Below are positions 11,038 to 22,600 of a stretch of 64,000 nt of DNA, piece after piece (the stretch's first letter is position 1; each line of letters starts with the position of its first letter). Below the pieces are notes generated by a model, which was not told the origin of the DNA, did no database searches, and was given only the letters and a program-made list of their open reading frames with translations. This DNA is from Thecamonas trahens ATCC 50062 (lineage: Eukaryota; Protista; Apusomonadida), in contig NW_013657641.1 of assembly GCF_000142905.1 (NCBI RefSeq), positions 192,907-256,906 on the forward strand, in the 5' to 3' direction. The translations under genes were made by a program, and so were the position numbers.

Positions 11038-11696
11038 GACTGAGAGCGATGTCCCCCCCTCTTTACCTTGCTCCCCAGGCTGGAGCCCTCTTTATCTTCG
11101 ACTCTCTTTTCTCTCAACTCGGACCCTCGGGATCTCGCCCGCCTCGCATTGCATCTTTATCTTTCCCTCTCTTTACCTTTGATGCGAAGCAGGCGAGCCC
11201 CGGGTGGACGTCACACTGTGAATCCGCCTCCTCGAACTGCCTACGCCTTGGCGTCGTCTGGATCGTCCTTGCCTTGCCCGCCGCTTCCTCGTCTCGAAAG
11301 AGACCAGGCAGCGACTGGCAGGGATACGTGGCGAACAGCGGTACTGGCTAGGCTCTCGAGCGTGTGCGCATCGCGGTGCTTCACGAGCAACCATGCACCT
11401 CTGGTGTGCAGGCTCGCTGTGAAGCCGTCCGGTGTCTGAAAAACATGCACATCAAACCAGTTACAAGCCCAATGTCTTTTCCGCAAGCCCTGTGATTCCC
11501 CACCAACACCAACACCCAGTCGAGCGTCGCTTCGACTTTGGCGCCCGTCGCCGAACATCGACGTCAACCGTCAACACCCGCTCCCCCTCCCAACCTCCCC
11601 CCTTTCCCAACACACACACACACACGCACACACACACCACTCGCCGCACACTGAGTGCGTCGAGCAGGCAAGACAGGCTTGTGGTTGACAAACAGC

Positions 11697-12779
11697 ATGT
11701 CGTCATCATCATCATATGGCGGGCAGTCCGGAACAGCCTCGGACTCGCTCACCTCAACGTCGTCGAGCAACGGGCGCAGCGGGACATGCTCGGCGTCAGA
11801 CTCGGCGACGGTCAGCACCAGTGCGTCGTCAACGGGTGAGTACTCGCGCGACGGCGAGGGCGAGGGTCTGTTCCTCAACTCAGGCGAGGACTCGCCTTAC
11901 TTTGTCGGCAAGTTTGACCTCGAGACCCGCGCCAACACTACCGTCAACGCCGAGTCGCCTGCGCCGTGGTGGCTCGCATCGGACGACGACGCACTGGTGC
12001 TTGCCGCCGGCGATGGCAGACCGAACCGAAGCGGTAGCGCCCACCGGAGAAAGTCTCGCGCACACAAGGGCTCGCTCAAGGAGTCCAAGACCCGCAGGAG
12101 ACGAAAGGGATCGCTGCCGCCGGAGCGGCCGAAAATGACCGCCCAGACGCTGCCTGTGGAAGAGCTGAACAAGACCTGGGTCGCCTCGCTCAAGAAGGAG
12201 AAGCGGACGCTCAAAAAGTCGCTCAAGGCCCATCTCAACAAGCGCAAGACCTCGTTCTCACCAAAGCCCGTCGACATCACCGCCGAGCTGGTCAAGCTCC
12301 GCAGGTCGGGGGCGGATCCGGTCGATCCAATGGATGTGGCGCGGACAACACCGGTCCCGCCACCGGCCATCCGGTCACCGGCGCCGCGCTCGCGCTCTCG
12401 CTCACGCTCGCGGACGCGGACGCGGCTGCACTTTTCGTCGTCATCATCGTCTGATGCGACGAGCACGTCGTCGTCAGCGGTCTCGGACTCGTCGTCCGAG
12501 CGACTGCCGCTCGTCGAGGCAACCAATCTCGACTCGTTGCCGCGGCGGTCACGCTCACGCTCACGCTCGCACTCGCGATCACGATCTCGGTCAGGCTCGC
12601 GCTCGCGGTCGGTCAAAGGCAAGAATGAGCGCCAGGCCGCGCGCGAGAAGAAGGCTGCTGCTGCCGCCGCCCGGCTCGAGCGCAAGCGGGCGCGCGCGCG
12701 GCGGCGGCGGGAGCGCAACGCGCCGAAAGACCGAGCGCGCGCAGTGGCACGGCGAGCAAGGCGGCTCGGGCATGTATGA
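11697..12779 (+). CDS. Hypothetical Ser/Arg-rich basic protein
   Basis: Long ORF with typical codon usage, RS dipeptide runs (RSRSRSRS), Lys/Arg-rich C-terminus; no family recognised. Confidence 0.6.
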   Translation: MSSSSSYGGQSGTASDSLTSTSSSNGRSGTCSASDSATVSTSASSTGEYSRDGEGEGLFLNSGEDSPYFVGKFDLETRANTTVNAESPAPWWLASDDDALVLAAGDGRPNRSGSAHRRKSRAHKGSLKESKTRRRRKGSLPPERPKMTAQTLPVEELNKTWVASLKKEKRTLKKSLKAHLNKRKTSFSPKPVDITAELVKLRRSGADPVDPMDVARTTPVPPPAIRSPAPRSRSRSRSRTRTRLHFSSSSSSDATSTSSSAVSDSSSERLPLVEATNLDSLPRRSRSRSRSHSRSRSRSGSRSRSVKGKNERQAAREKKAAAAAARLERKRARARRRRERNAPKDRARAVARRARRLGHV

Positions 12780-12840
12780 ACATACAACTAACAGCAAATG
12801 GTATGTGAAAGGCTCCGTTTACGCAGCCAGCGACGACGAG

Positions 12841-13820
12841 TCAGTGGACAATGTGCTCGACGACGCCCTGGCGGATGAGATGCTCGACGTCCGAGCGCCG
12901 GAGGTAGTGTGTAGAGTTGCGAGTCAAGGTGAGCTCGTCACCAGCCTCGGTAATGATGGTTCCGGCGTCCTGCACCACCCGGACCTCGATGAACAGATCC
13001 TTGGGTGGGGTGAGGTCCTCGGTCAGGTTGAGGTCGACCTCGGTCATGTAGTCGCCGAGCAGGCGGTCGTAGGCCGAGAAGAAGCCGGTCTCGAGCGCCG
13101 ACGTCGCCTCGCGAACGTCGGGCGGCAGGATGGCGCCCACTTCCCAGCGCAGGTTCTGCAAGTACTGCATGCGATGGTAGTGGTATGCGAGCATGATCCG
13201 CTTGTTGCGCAGCAGCGCCGCGTGGTGAAAGATGACCGAGGCCGTCACCGACGCGTCGTTCCGTGCTGCCTCGGGACGCTCGCGTAAAATGGCCAAAACC
13301 TCGGCATGCAGGTGAATGACCTCGTCCACCGCCTTGCTCACGCTCTTAGCCCTGTACACCGGCAGCCGTGTTGCCGTCGACAGCTCCTTCAGCACCTCCA
13401 GCGCATCCGCCCCATACATCGCCACTACCAACGGCCACAGCAGCCACAGCAGCCACAGCAGCCATATCCGAGTCCAAGTTGAGCCGAGAGCCATCACCAA
13501 TGCCGTTAACAATGCCCGTCACCATCGCCAATCCGCCCGTCACCGTCACCGCCCATCACCGCCCATCACCGCCCATCACCGCCCATCACCGCCCATCACC
13601 GCCCATCACCGTCATTTGCATGCCCACCAACATCCCATCCAAGCCATCCCATTGATCATGAGTATCCCCACTCCCGCCCACCTACCGCCTACCTTGCCCT
13701 CGTTGCCCTCTCTGTGGACGATTCTACCCCCCCTCCCCAGCACACACACACACACACACACACACAGCACACACAACCACACACAGCACACACAACCACA
13801 CACAGCACACGCCACGTACT
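12841..13820 (-). CDS. GINS1: GINS complex subunit Psf1; start codon probably split by intron 13425-13819
   Basis: MYGADALEVLKEL..LLRNKRIMLAY..DLTPPKDLFIEVRVVQDAG..HYLRRSDVEHLIRQG. Main exon 12841-13424; GTACGT donor at 13819 and TAG acceptor at 13425 join A(13820) to TG GCG ATG. Second ATG at 13419. Confidence 0.92.
13551..13610. repeat. 10-bp tandem repeat (GCCCATCACC)x6
   Basis: Six perfect copies, inside the inferred GINS1 intron. Confidence 0.95.
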
Positions 13821-14465
13821 CGTGAATACCCCCGGCTATTAACTGGTTTGTGTTTCCTGGCTGCTGCCTCGGCCTCTGCCCCGCCTGACTGCTGCTGTTG
13901 CGTCGAGTGCCGTACCCTCCCCGCCTTGCCCCCCCCCTTCCCCCCTTCCTTCCTCTCCAACACCCAGAGGGAGAAGGGGGAAGGGGGGGGGGGGGGGAAG
14001 GGGAGGGGCTGTGATTCGCTCTGATCTGAGCTGATGACAGGCTTCTGATGCATGGCCTACAGCAGCCGCGAGCCAGATCAAGGCATCTTATTACATATGG
14101 GTGACTTGCCTGTCGCCTGTCCTGGTGGCCATGCTCGAGTCGGCGCACTGCTTGCACGCATCACCACACCGATGACCACCCCCAAGACCATTACTATCCC
14201 CCTGCCCTGCACACCCACATACTCCCCATAGGCAAGGCAAGCCCATCAGCCCACCATACCTTCCATCAAACCATCCGCAGGCAGAGAGATCATGAGGTTG
14301 GGTGCACTCGGGTTGGCGGGAATGTTCGCGCGGAATGAGCGGAGGCAGCCAGCAGGGCCAAGGGAAGGGGGGGGGAGGGGAGGGAGGGAGGGGGGGATAG
14401 ACGGCACCACTCGTCTCACGGGAAGAGATAGCACAGGTGGCAGAGAGAGGGAGGAGCACGCAAGT

Positions 14466-15134
14466 ATGGGGCTGTTGTCGATTATCAAGCAGGTGAAGAT
14501 GCAGGAGAAGGAGATGCGCATCCTCATCCTTGGCCTCGACAACGCAGGCAAGACGACGGTGGTGAAGAAGATCAAGGGAGAGGCCATCGATACCATCGAA
14601 CCAACGCTCGGCTTCAACATCGAAACTCTAACTCATGATGGCTTTACTCTCAATGTGTGGGATGTCGGCGGACAGAAGACCATCCGCTCGTACTGGCGCA
14701 ACTACTTTGAGGCCACAGATGGCCTCATCTGGGTCGTCGACTCGGCAGATGCGCTCAGACTTGACACAACGCGTGCAGAGCTTGCTGCTCTGCTTGCAGA
14801 AGAGCGTCTCTTTGGCGCTTCGCTCCTTGTCCTCGCCAACAAGCAGGACATTGCCGGCGCCGCAGACGCGGACGCCATCGCCGCCGCGCTCGGCCTCGTC
14901 CACTCGACTGCCCAGCCTGATGCAGACGCTCTTGCCGCTGCCGATGCAGAGTCTGATGCTGAACCCGCCGCAGCCTCGAGCTCGTCGCCCGCTCCTTCCA
15001 CCGGCCCGACTCAAGTCGCCGCCAAGCGCCACTGGCACATCCAGCCGTGTTCGGCCCACACCGGCGATGGCCTCCTCGAAGGCATCGACTGGATCGTCAA
15101 GGACATCGCCTCGCGCATCTACATGTTTGACTGA
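14466..15134 (+). CDS. ARL2: ARF-like GTPase ARL2
   Basis: [55 protein letters not shown]-terminus [10 protein letters not shown]. Confidence 0.95.
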   Translation: MGLLSIIKQVKMQEKEMRILILGLDNAGKTTVVKKIKGEAIDTIEPTLGFNIETLTHDGFTLNVWDVGGQKTIRSYWRNYFEATDGLIWVVDSADALRLDTTRAELAALLAEERLFGASLLVLANKQDIAGAADADAIAAALGLVHSTAQPDADALAAADAESDAEPAAASSSSPAPSTGPTQVAAKRHWHIQPCSAHTGDGLLEGIDWIVKDIASRIYMFD

Positions 15135-15333
15135 TGCGACAACCTTGGCTCCCAACAAAAGCAACAAACACTGCCGCCGCTATGCCCATCATGGCCGCCC
15201 TTTAATCCCCACACCCCCGACCCCCCGAACCCCCGACAGACGCGGCGGCCAATGCAGTCGATCCAGCCGACACGAGCCACTTGTCGACAGCGAAGAGGGT
15301 ACCAAGCGGGTTGGCGGCGGGGAGGAGAAGCTT

Positions 15334-16983
15334 ATGTCCGAGGGAGAGTCAGGACGGAACAAGGGACGGAGCATGCCTGGTGTGGAGCCCATGGTGCGGG
15401 CGGAGCCGTCGCGTTGGCTCGAGCCGCACGGGTGGGTCTGGCTCTCGGGCGAGAATGAGTACGTCCGGGTGGCCGACACATGGCTGGCGGTGCCTGGCGG
15501 CGGCATGGCGGTCCTCGCCCACAAGTTCCGCCCGGTGGAGACGCTCAACTCGGGCAAGATGCGGAACCACATGTTCCGATGCCCATGCTGCCCGGTCACG
15601 GCTCCGCGCAATATGGGCCGCCACATCAAGACCCATCACATTAGAAACAACCGCCTGGTCATCACCGATCACGAGCATCATCTCCTCGATCCCACACCCA
15701 CCACCGCCGGCAAGTCCAAGACCTCCTCGCACGACATCCTGCTGTGTGTCGAACAGGCTCGTGCACTCGCCGGCTTGCCCACCGCGGCTCCGTTGCCGCA
15801 GCGCCCGTCGCTTCATCTCGACACGTTTCCGTTTGACCTCGCCTTTGACGACGAGCCCGTGCCTGTCCGCGCCAGCCATACTCCGGCCTCGCTCTCGGTC
15901 ACGCCCATTCCCTCCATGGAGCTCTCGCTGGCCCGTGGCTCGGCGTCATCGAGTGCTCCACCGTCTGGCCTCTCGGCCTCGGCCTCGACGTCGACGGCCT
16001 CGCACGCCGCACCGCCGCACTCGTCGCTCCTCCTCGACTTTCACGATCTGGATCCGCTCTTCAAGTTTGGCGATCACTCGGCGCTGCCGCGCGGTCTCGC
16101 ATCCATGGGCTATCCGACCGAGGCGCCGCCGGTGGACTGGACCTTCTCGGCCGAGCTGGATCCGCTGCCGCTGGCCATGGCCACTGTCCCGTCGTCGCCG
16201 GGCGAGCCGACCTTTGACGCGCCCGAGACAAGCCGGTTTGTCGACGCCTCGCGCCCGGGTGAGCTTGCATCCGCTCTCGACCGCATCGCGTCGGGCGCCG
16301 GACATGCACAGAGCCCAGTCCGGGTGCGACTGACAGCGTCGCAGCCGACTGTCCGCGCGCGTGTGGTTGTTGCCGTCGCACGCGCTGTTGCCGCATCGGG
16401 TGCCACGCTGGAGGCTATCTCGTCGCAGCTGGCGGGCGACTCGCGGCGGATGTATGTGTGCGTCGACATCGGCCCGCCACTTGCCCGCCCTGCCGCGCTT
16501 GCCGCCGCGCTCACCAGCATTGCGGCCGGCAATCTGGAGGCAGACATTGTGCCGCAAGAGCCGCCGCTACCACCGCCGGCCATCCTCGTACTACAGCGGT
16601 ACGTGCTGGCCAAGACCTGCAGCGACGGCGCGCTTGCGCACTTTGAGGCTCTGCATGCCCGGTGTGCCGCGCTCCTCGGTTGCGTCTCGGCCAAGCTGTG
16701 GCTCGAGCCGGCGCCCGGTCCGCACGCGAACGACGATACGCCGGCCAGCTACGTGCTGCTCTCTAGCTGGCGCTCGCGGAGCGCGTGGCAGCGATGGCTC
16801 GCCCAGCACAATGCCTCGCTCCTCCCTACCATTGCGCAAAGCCTTGCCGGCCCGGTCGAGACCCGCATTCTCAACTCGGGCAAACGCAAGCGCAGCGCCG
16901 ACAGTCTCTCGCCTGCCGGCGGCCTCCTTGACGACGGCTTGCTGCCACCCGGCAAGCGGCGATCGCTGCTCCCACATCTGTAG
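15334..16983 (+). CDS. Hypothetical protein: C2H2-like zinc finger, ACT-like and ABM-like domains
   Basis: FRCPCCPVTAPRNMGRHIKTHH; VVVAVARAVAASGATLEAISSQ (ACT-like); GCVSAKLW..YVLLSSWRSRSAWQRW (ABM-like); KRKRS. Domain calls are by eye. Confidence 0.6.
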   Translation: MSEGESGRNKGRSMPGVEPMVRAEPSRWLEPHGWVWLSGENEYVRVADTWLAVPGGGMAVLAHKFRPVETLNSGKMRNHMFRCPCCPVTAPRNMGRHIKTHHIRNNRLVITDHEHHLLDPTPTTAGKSKTSSHDILLCVEQARALAGLPTAAPLPQRPSLHLDTFPFDLAFDDEPVPVRASHTPASLSVTPIPSMELSLARGSASSSAPPSGLSASASTSTASHAAPPHSSLLLDFHDLDPLFKFGDHSALPRGLASMGYPTEAPPVDWTFSAELDPLPLAMATVPSSPGEPTFDAPETSRFVDASRPGELASALDRIASGAGHAQSPVRVRLTASQPTVRARVVVAVARAVAASGATLEAISSQLAGDSRRMYVCVDIGPPLARPAALAAALTSIAAGNLEADIVPQEPPLPPPAILVLQRYVLAKTCSDGALAHFEALHARCAALLGCVSAKLWLEPAPGPHANDDTPASYVLLSSWRSRSAWQRWLAQHNASLLPTIAQSLAGPVETRILNSGKRKRSADSLSPAGGLLDDGLLPPGKRRSLLPHL

Positions 16984-17027
16984 CTGGTAATTGATTCACA
17001 AGCACAAACTCTATACACACTTTCAGC

Positions 17028-18877
17028 TCAGGCGCGCGGACGACCCGTCGACGGCCGCGGCTTGGACGGTGGCCGCGGGACGAGTGCGTCGCCGGCCCCA
17101 GCAGCCTGGTGCGTCGTCGAGGCTGCTGCCGCCGGCTTGACTGCCGACGCTCGTCGCCGTGGCGCAGCGACAATCCGCGGCGAGGGCGGCTCGGCCGAGG
17201 CCTTTGGTCCGGCGGGTGCGACGGGTGCGGCGTGTGCGGCCGGTGCGGCTAGGTCGCTAGCAGGGCCAGCTGGGCGGGCATGCTTTCCGGCCTGCGAGCG
17301 GAGGATGGAAGCCCGGAGACCACCGCCGGCAGCGCCGGCTGCGGTCGAGGGGCGGATGGTGGAGCGGTTGGAGCGGATGATCTTGGACACCAAGTGCTCG
17401 CGGACAGTGAGCGGGGTCTCGTCGCCGGACTCGGCGTCGTCGATGGTGAGCGGCTCGACGGGCGGCATGGGCATGTTGGTGGTAGCAGCAAGGACGCGAG
17501 CGGAACGGGTGTTGAGCTCGTCGATAACCCGGTCGATCTCCTCGAGTGTCAGCTCGGGATTCTCGCGGATCATCCGATGGATCTCTTCGCGGGCGTGCTC
17601 AAACTCGAGGCCGTTGAGCTTGAGCTGCTGCCGGAGGTTGTACTGGTCGACGCGACGCTTCTCGATCTGCACCAGCTTGTTGGCAAACGAAGTGGTGACT
17701 GCCTGGCGCTGCTGCCAGCGGCGCTCCTCGAGCGTTTTCATCCGCTCTTGCTGGCGGGCCTTGGCGGCCTGGACGCGGTCGACGTGGCGGGCAACCCGCT
17801 CACGGCGGGCGGCCATGCGCGCCGACTTGCGCCGCTCAGCGGCGTCGGTCCGTGCCTCCAGCGAGGCAAGCAGGCGCTTGTTGCGCTCCTCGGCAAAGCG
17901 AGCAATGGCCTGCTTCCGTTCCGCCATCGGCATGTCGTCCGGCAGCTGCAGCGCATCATCCTCGAGGTCAAAGCCTGAGTTCTCGGTCGAGCCCGGGTGC
18001 CCGCCCTGGGCGTCGCGGATCCGCCGCAGCGTCATGTTCTTGTAGTGCTTGAGCTTCTCGTTCCGCGCCAGCTGCTTGAGATACCGGAGCGAGGCCCAGC
18101 GGCGGCGTTGAATCTGCGCAATGTCAATCGGCCGCGGCGAGCGGGTGTAGCAGGGCGAGCGTGGGCCATGGCGAACAAAAGGACTCGCTTGGGGAGGAGC
18201 ATCTGGATTTCGTCGGGCACCACGCCCGACGGTGCCGCTGGATCGTGGCTCCCAGGCAGCGGCGCCCGCCCGTGCCGCCCGTGCCGCCCACGGACCGACG
18301 CCCGAACCTGCTTGTTCCGCTCCCTGCCGGTCTGGTTCTCGGCCTCGATGTGCCGCGAGAGCATGGTGTGGAGGACCGGATTCGAGTCTCCGTGGGCATG
18401 CGCGTCGCGGACGTGGATGTCGGTGACGACGCCGTCGCGGCCGCCTGTCGCCAGCGACATGACAACACCGGCTGTGCTTGGCCGCCGGGAGCCCAGCCCG
18501 GCCTCGCGCCGCTCCTTGCCGGCGCTGCCCGTCCGGCCTGACGAGGTCCACACTCGCGACGTGGTCGAGCCGAGGACGCCGCGGCCAAACATGGCGTCGC
18601 CGTAGTCGTCCGAGAGCCGGAACTTGATCAGCCTGCCGTTGCGCGGCTCGTCGCCGCCACCAGCCCCGCCGCCACCGCCGCCCTTTCGCGACCGCGCGGT
18701 CTCATCGCCGCGCCCGCCGCCATCGCCGCCATCGCCGCCATCGCCTCCGCCGCCCGCAGGCTCGGCCAGCGACGCCCCTGAGCCGCCTCCGCGCACAACG
18801 CGCGACTTGCTCTTGCGCATGGTCGCCGACCTGTTCCGCGACGAGTTGAGCTTTCCTCGTGACGCTGCCGGGTGCAT
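17028..18877 (-). CDS. Hypothetical coiled-coil protein split across two frames (junction about 18095-18195)
   Basis: ORF 18032-18955 supplies the N-part (MHPAAS..DEIQMLLP) and ORF 17028-18551 the coiled-coil C-part (SLRYLKQLARNEKL..); one extra base joins them. Confidence 0.55.
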
Positions 18878-18980
18878 GGCCAGCTCTGCGTCGGTGCGAG
18901 TGCGGTGGGTATGGCCGTGGCCGCGGCCGTAGTCGTGGTCGTTGCCGTGGGGCAACAGTGCTCGGTGAGGCAGTTGGAGC

Positions 18981-19101
18981 CATCGATGAATGCCATGCTA
19001 ACATATTGATGAATGCCATGCTAACACATCGATGAATGCCATGCTAGCACATCGATGAATGCCATGCTAACACATCGATGAATGCCATGCTAACACATCG
19101 A
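18981..19101. repeat. 23-bp minisatellite (CATCGATGAATGCCATGCTAACA) x about 5.3
   Basis: Head-to-tail copies at 18981, 19004, 19027, 19050, 19073 with 0-2 substitutions; no spacers. Confidence 0.95.
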
Positions 19102-19452
19102 CGATAACCATTGACGAGACTCACTTGGTATCGCAAGCCGTAGATCCCCCTCCCCCCTGCTCCCCCCCCCCCCCCCCCTCCCCCTCCCCCCCCCCCTCTC
19201 TGGCTAGTGCGGCAAACAACTCGTTGCCACCGCCGACCTGCCCTCATTCGAGCAGACTTTTCTTCGTCCGGAGGTGCGTTACGAAATGCGGGCGACGTTC
19301 CCTAGCTACTGGTGCAGGAGGGGAGGGGAGGGGGGGGGAGGGGGGGGGGAGGGGGAGGGGGGGAGGGGAGCAGGGAGAGGGATCTGTCGGTGCTGCTAGT
19401 GGTGGTGGTGGTGGTGGTAGTCACCCAGGGGGGGGACTTGCACCTGGGCGGT

Positions 19453-19484
<32 letters not shown>

Positions 19485-19662
19485 TGACGGTGGCGGTGAC
19501 GGTGGCATGAGGTTGTCGCAGTGGTGCCAGCAAGTAAATGATCCTTTTTGGTGGTGCGGGACGGGGACGGCAAGGAGAGAGGCGAGGGCGGGAAGGGGCG
19601 GGAAGGGCAGGGTCGAGTCGGGTCACTTACAGCTGGAGGAGGAGAGGGGGGTTAGATTGAGG

Positions 19663-22600
19663 ATGACGAACAAGGCAGCAGCATTAGCTGCTGTAATGCT
19701 GGTGCTGGCCCTTGCGGGGCTTGGGGCGGCCCAGACGGGACGTGGCCACTTTAGCCTGCGTCACATCGAGAGTGCTGATACGGTGCATCTGCGGACGGGC
19801 CCGATTGTGACGACCAAGCACGCGCCGTCGCTGGAGCTGCGGTCGTCGGTGCATGCGGCGCGGGCTGTGGCTAATGTGCATGGCCACTCTGACGGGTACG
19901 GCCAGTACCTTGTCCATCACGTTGGGCCAGTGACGCCCGAGTCGCGCGCGTCTGTCGAGACGCACCTCTCGTCGGGCTCGATGGCGTACTTTCCGCACAA
20001 TACCTGGCTTGTGGTGGCGACTGCCGAGGAGATGGCCGCGATCTCGCACGAGCCCGTGGTCCTCTGGATCGGCGCGTACAAGCCCGAGTACCGGATGCAC
20101 CCGCATGTGACCGACGTGGTGATGGCGCGGGCGGCGACCAAGGCGTGCACCTCGGAGCACGTGCTCCTTGCCGACGTCCACTACGAGCTTGTGGAGGCCG
20201 GCACGGTCGACATCCACGAGGTGGCGGCCGAGGTCTCCGCGCGCGTGGCGGCCGAGGTTCCTGGTGCGAGCGCGCAGGCTGCGGGCTCGTCCCTGGTCAG
20301 CATCTCTGTCCCGTGCGGCTCGCTCTCTGCGGCAGCTGCGGCGACCGCCAGCCATCCGCTGGTCCGGTGGGTGGAGAACCGCGAGGTGTTTGAGACCAAG
20401 AACGAGTACGCCAAGCCGCTGACGCAGACGTTCCAGTCGAACCCGACGTCGACGGCGGCCAAGCCGTTCTACTCGCTCTCGCCGCCGCTCGACGGGACTG
20501 GCCAGGTTGTGGGCGCGGCCGATACCGGGCTGGACACCTCCAACTGCATGTTCTCGGACACGACGGTGACAACGCCTTACAACACGGTCAACACGGCCCA
20601 CCGCAAGGTGGTGCAGTACATCTCGGCGCAGACGAGCCAGTCGGAGACGTTTGAGGACGAGACCGGTGGCCACGGGACCCACGTCGTGGGCTCGATTCTG
20701 GGCAACCCTCGGAGCGGCGCGACCAACGCTGGGGCGATCACCAAGTACTCTGGCATGGCGTACAACGCCAAGGTTGCCTTCTACGACTTTGGCATCTCCG
20801 GTGGCCGGCTGTTGAGTGTCTCCGCCAAGGACGACATCTTCCCGCCGGCTTACGACTCGGCCAACGCCCGCATCCACTCCAACTCGTGGGGCGCGGTCAA
20901 CGACCCGGGCGCATACACGCTCTCGTCGCAGGGCGTCGACGAGTACACCTGGGCGCGCAAGGACTTCCTCCCGCTCTTTGCCGCCGCCAACGATGGCTCG
21001 GAAGGCCTCACCTCGGTCCGGGCCCCGTCGACGTCCAAGAACTGCATCTCAGTCGGCGCGTCTATGAACGCGTGGGAGGCCGAAGCCGACAAGATTGTCC
21101 GCACTGAGTTTGACATCAGTATTCCTGCAGGCTCGACGACGGCATACATTGCCGCCTTTGGCGCCCGCTCGTTCAACTCGCCGCTCACGGGCACCTACTA
21201 CTCGGCGCAGACCTCGTGCTCGTCGGCCTCTTCGTCGGCCTCTGGCAAGATTGCCCTCGTCTCCGTCACTTCGGCCTGCGACGTGACCGTCCAGGCCAAG
21301 AACCTGCAGGACAAGGGTGCCATTGCCGTTGTCTTCTTCTACCCCTACACCCGGCTTCCGGGTGAGTCGTCGACAGTCACCATCCCGGTGGTCTCGGTCG
21401 CCGAGTCGCTCGAGTCGGACTTCCGCGGTGCTGATGGGGCGTCGGGTACCATTTCCAAGCAGTCGTCGCCCAACTACTCGAGCGACTTGTCCAAGGGCAA
21501 GAACAACATGGCGTGCTTCTCGTCGCGTGGACCTACGCTCGACGGCCGGTACAAGCCAGACATGACTGCGCCGGGTGACCCGTCGCTCTCGGCGTACTCG
21601 AACGGAGCGTCGAACACCGAGATCTGCGGTGATGAGGCAATCTTCCCCATGTCGGGCACGTCGATGGCGACGCCGACGCTTGCCGGCGTTGCTGCCCTCG
21701 TTCGCCAGTACTACGTCGACGGCTACCACCCGACCGGGTCGGTCGTGTCCGCCAACCGCATGGCGTCGCCGACGGCGGCTCTGATCAAGGCCACGCTCCT
21801 CACGGGTGCCATCGGACACACCGGCCGGGTCGACACCAACTCGGACTGCTCGTCGTCAGGCACGAAGCGCAACTTTGCGGACATGTCGCGCGAGGAGAAG
21901 CGCTACTACGAGGGCTACGGCCACGTGCAGCTTGACCAGGTCTTGGTTCAGTCGTCGGGCTCCCGCAAGACGGTCGTCTTTGACGAGAAGACCGGGCTCA
22001 CCACCGGCAACGCCAAGCGCTTTTGCTTCACCGCCGGCTCGACGCTCGACTTCCGGGCCACGCTCGTGTGGACCGATGCGCCGGGCTCGGCTGCGTCGAC
22101 CAGCGCGCTTGTGCAGGACCTCGACCTCTCGGTCGTGTACGGCACAAACACCGTGGTCATGGGTAACGAGAAGATCGATACCAAGTCGAACAAGCCCATT
22201 GTCGACGGCACGAACAACGTCGAGCAGGTGACCGTTGCTGGCTCCTCGGTCACGGGCTCGATCGGTGTCACTGTCGCCGCGTACAACACGCCGCAGGGTG
22301 CCCAGCCGTACGCGCTCGTTGTCACCGGTGACAACGTTGCCGCCGCCGCCGACACGGCCTGCTCCTCGCTCTGCCCCGCGGGCTGTTCCTCGCAGGGCAC
22401 GTGCCAGAACGGCCGCTGCAAGTGCAACGCCGGCTTTGCCGGCGCTGACTGCTCCATCTCGGTCACGCCCATTACCGTCGGTGCTGCCAGCTCGGTCTCG
22501 GCCTCGCTCAACACCGACGGCTGGATGTTCTACTCGTTCTCCCCCGACACCTCCACGGGTCTCGACGTCAAGTTCACCGTCTCGGTCTCCCAAGGCGTCC

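Noticed and set aside
18114-18188. Possible GC-AG intron (GCGAGT..CAG) in the coiled-coil gene
   Set aside because: It is 75 nt (3n), so it does not fix the frame break, and it lacks the local ACTYAY branch motif.
18981-19101. 23-bp repeat as CRISPR or telomeric repeat
   Set aside because: No spacers, internal location, no telomere-like strand bias.
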